A stretch of DNA of 64,000 nucleotides, taken from the NCBI GenBank assembly GCA_034521425.1, contig JAXHMP010000001.1, forward strand, positions 2,779,182 to 2,843,181. The letters run 5' to 3'. Under the pieces are notes generated by a model. The model was not told where the DNA came from. It ran no database searches and was given only the letters and a program-made list of their open reading frames with translations. This DNA is from Bacteroidota bacterium (GTDB lineage Bacteria > Bacteroidota > Bacteroidia > Bacteroidales > JAIOZK01). Position 1 is the stretch's first letter. Each line of letters starts with the position of its first letter. Below, in pieces: positions 63,349-64,000 of this stretch. Both the position numbers and the translations under genes were made by a program.

Positions 63349-63555
63349 ATGAAGTATTCAATTACAATAGACGATAATACCAAAACCGGTGCGGGGCTTT
63401 TAGAAGTTGCAAGGAGTATTGCAAAAAAATATAAATCAGTTAAAGTAATACCGGTAAGCGACGAAGATGAATGGCTGGCTGCAGAAATTGAAAAATCGAA
63501 AAAATCCGGCAAAGCAGACAAACAAAAGATATTGGATCGCTTTAATATTCAATAA
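63349..63555 (+). CDS. Putative antitoxin of RelE/ParE toxin
   Basis: 68 aa, directly abutting the toxin gene (stop TAA, then ATG). Confidence 0.5.
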   Translation: MKYSITIDDNTKTGAGLLEVARSIAKKYKSVKVIPVSDEDEWLAAEIEKSKKSGKADKQKILDRFNIQ

Positions 63556-63825
63556 ATGAAGGTTGAATTTTCCAAATCATTTGACAAACAAACTTCGCGG
63601 ATTAAGGATAAAAAACTTCTACATAAAGTGAGGGAAGTTATCAGAAAAGTGATAGAATGTGATTCACTTGCAGAATTAACAAATATTAAACCTTTAACCG
63701 GTTATCCGGGATATTATCGCATCCGGTTGGGAAATTATAGAATTGGTATTTCACTTGAAGGAGATACAGTTTGGTTTCACTTCTTTGGTAAACGGGATGA
63801 ATCAACTTACAAGAATTTTCCGTAA
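63556..63825 (+). CDS. RelE/ParE-family toxin
   Basis: ..IKPLTGYPGYYRIRLGNYRIGISLEGDTVWFHFFGKRDESTY is the classic RelE/ParE C-terminal pattern. Confidence 0.75.
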   Translation: MKVEFSKSFDKQTSRIKDKKLLHKVREVIRKVIECDSLAELTNIKPLTGYPGYYRIRLGNYRIGISLEGDTVWFHFFGKRDESTYKNFP

Positions 63826-64000
63826 TAATTACCTGGTTATACCGTTGCCACCTCCGCTGGCGCAAATTTGTAATGTGTGCTTCTTTTGTCTAAAGGACTC
63901 CAATGGAGAACAAAAGAAAATCGGTTCACCGCCAAAAAACTCTGGATCAAGGTCTGCCACATAGAAGCCGGATTACGATCAGGCGACCTTCATATGCCCG

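Noticed and set aside
63830-64000. Possible gene end on the minus strand at the right window edge
   Set aside because: Only a ~55-codon open stretch with no recognisable family or signals. Insufficient evidence.

Overview
Bacteroidetes-like chromosomal segment, judged from TTG/TAnnTTTG promoter motifs and the TA/defence gene families present. A few GC-richer housekeeping genes (SLC13 permease, cysC, gmd, fcl) sit in a very repeat-dense accessory landscape. No rRNA, tRNA, CRISPR array, reverse transcriptase or integrase was recognised. The window has three blocks. (1) 3.3-24.4 kb is a one-directional (+ strand) array of about 20 small toxin-antitoxin / abortive-infection cassettes: DUF4160/DUF2442, PIN pairs, UPF0175/DUF3368, AbiEii, AlbA_2-type ATPases, MNT/HEPN pairs, and an IS1634-disrupted DarTG. 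About half are decayed. The cassettes are separated by mosaic spacers built from heptamer short tandem repeats (STRs), hairpins and a reused promoter module. The block is bracketed by two diverged copies of the cysC 3' end. (2) 24.6-47.5 kb is a nonulosonic-acid (NeuB/NeuC/NeuA, LegC-type aminotransferase) plus O-antigen-type glycan locus. Essentially every gene in it is broken by frameshifts and in-frame stops, and it carries two IS3-family remnants. (3) 47.6-64 kb is a gmd-fcl region invaded by small selfish-looking cassettes: four-helix-bundle / 23S-rRNA-IVS-protein family ORFs, GxxExxY PD-(D/E)xK ORFs, a GIY-YIG fragment, and AAA ATPases. Each lies between inverted arrays of heptamer STRs. 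Nested MITEs and a 3-kb higher-order hairpin repeat field are also present. The most unusual signals are: (a) an IVS-like architecture (ORF in the loop of a long inverted STR stem) used outside rRNA; (b) duplicated, diverged gene ends at insertion sites (gmd 5' end three times, cysC 3' end twice, a GT2 5' end twice) with no recombinase present; (c) repeat modules inserted in-frame into enzymes. All coordinates of broken genes were set by eye from translations and are approximate (+/- 10-30 bp). No alignments, folds or database searches were run.
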